DNA of 64,000 bases from Octopus vulgaris (lineage: Eukaryota): positions 61,256,001 to 61,320,000 of the forward strand of contig OX597832.1 of the NCBI GenBank assembly GCA_951406725.2, written 5' to 3'. The notes beneath the pieces are model-generated. The model saw nothing but the letters and a program-made list of their open reading frames with translations. It ran no database searches and had not been told where the DNA came from. Within the stretch, counting starts at the first letter, position 1, and each line of letters opens with the position of its first letter. Of this stretch, positions 62,364 through 64,000 are shown in pieces. A program made the position numbers and the translations under genes.

Positions 62364-62379
62364 ACTAGTTGTAGTAGTT

Positions 62380-62475
<96 letters not shown>

Positions 62476-62606
62476 GTTGAATAAGCAAGCATATAAGAAA
62501 AAAAGGCTGTCTATGACCTCCAGCTGTGTGCACTGACAGGTGACACCCAGAATCTAATTTTACTGTCAACGTTGAGTGTTGCTTAGCTGCTTGCTTGAAT
62601 AAAAAG

Positions 62607-62672
<66 letters not shown>

Positions 62673-62679
62673 CAACAAC

Positions 62680-62714
<35 letters not shown>

Positions 62715-62874
62715 TAATAGTAGTAGTAGTAGTAGTAGTGGTTGTAATAATAATAATAGTAGTAGTAGTAAATAATAATAGTAGTAGTAATAATAATAAT
62801 AATAGTAGTAGTAGTAGTAGTAGTAATAATAGTTGTAGTGTAGTAGTAGTAGTGGTAGTAGTAATAATAATGAT

Positions 62875-62935
<61 letters not shown>

Positions 62936-63309
62936 GCAATTTAAGATTTTCACACTGGAATTACTAATTAGTCTAAGCTGTGTTTTATACATTAGTCTGT
63001 GTAAGAAACTGTATCAAAGTTCCTTGACTTAAGCTTTATACTAGTTGTTGACGAATTAAGCAGGCGGTGGGGAGGGGGGGCAGGCAGGCATGATGCATCC
63101 ATCTTTGTGCCAGAAATATACAAAATTTATTACAACATCGTGTCTAGTGTAGAAAGATATTTGATAGAATGGTCGTTAAAGTTGTTTGTGTTTCGTCTGT
63201 TAGTATCGACGAGTCAGCGAGGAAAGAAAGGTCTCTACGTGGCATGTCAAATTGCTAAAAATGGAAACGAAAATTTTTTCGAAGATATATAATACAACTG
63301 CCATCAAAA

Positions 63310-63491
63310 TAATTTGTTTCTGCCACGGGTACAAGGTTTGGAACTCTGGCGAGAGGTGCCTTTTGATCAATTTGAAAGTATAACAGGCAAAGTTGACCAC
63401 GGCAGAATTTGTACTTAGGTCGTAAAGAGTCGAAGATATACTCCGAAGCATTTTAGCCGGTGTGCTAACGATTCTGCCAGCTCGTCGCCTT
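63310..63491 (-). mobile_element. SINE family B, diverged
   Basis: ggcaaagttgaccacggcagaatttg...gccggtgtgctaacgattctgccagctcgtcgcctt. Confidence 0.75.
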
Positions 63492-64000
63492 GGAATAATA
63501 AAGGGAAAGTATATTGGCTAATGTTGTTCTAGATGAATTAGTTGGGATGGTCACAGATGGAACAGGTTTTATCTGACGTTTGATCGATCAGAGCTGATCG
63601 GGGTCTGAGCAGCAGAAGCAGCAACTAATAAGCAACGGTTATGTTCAGAGAGAAAATAAAGAGAGAGAGGGAGAGAGGGAGAAAGAAAAAGAGAGAGAGA
63701 GTGAGGGGAAGGGGAGGAAAGGTATAACAGAGAGTCTTTAGCAGTCAAACATCTCTCAAACTCAAATTTTGTCCTATTTGATTGAAACCGGTTGGTCAGA
63801 TTTGATGATGTAGATCCAGGCAAACTGAGTAGAAAAGAAAAAAAGTCGTGTGAGATCAAAGTTTGAATGAATTTGTCAATTTTATCTTCGGTCAATAAAA
63901 TTTGCATAAGTTTTCCAAGCGAGAAGAGGTTTGGATGAAGGCATAGTATTGAGGCATTGTGTTATAGTCGGATGCTCTTCCTGTCGACAACTCTTACCTA

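Overview
Eukaryotic, AT-rich, extremely microsatellite-dense window. It is most likely coleoid cephalopod, probably Octopus, inferred from the tRNA-headed SINE families and the compound (TA)/(CA)/(TAA) tracts. I find no supportable host protein-coding exon, rRNA, tRNA gene or CRISPR array; nearly all ORFs in the track are translations of simple repeats. The window is an intergenic or large-intron transposon graveyard. It holds four tRNA-derived SINE families, a 5'-truncated R4/Dong-type RLE LINE plus several 3' stubs tied to (TAA)n tracts, and CR1-like LINE 3' ends whose tail stem-loop is shared with the main SINE. It also holds decayed mariner, Tc1 and maT-like transposases, several foldback/MITE-like inverted repeats, a 3x39-bp higher-order minisatellite and a ~2.5-kb tandem duplication that looks partly artefactual. 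The most interesting signals are: (1) a family of ~200-bp non-coding elements ending in (TA)n that each carry a minimal Penelope-type hammerhead ribozyme motif with core variants; (2) a (TAA)n-targeted retroelement community including a ~555-bp non-coding passenger with a fixed 5' end; (3) a SINE-LINE pair with a covarying 3' stem-loop. Boundaries were read by eye and may be off by several bases; family assignments rest on motif recall, not database searches.
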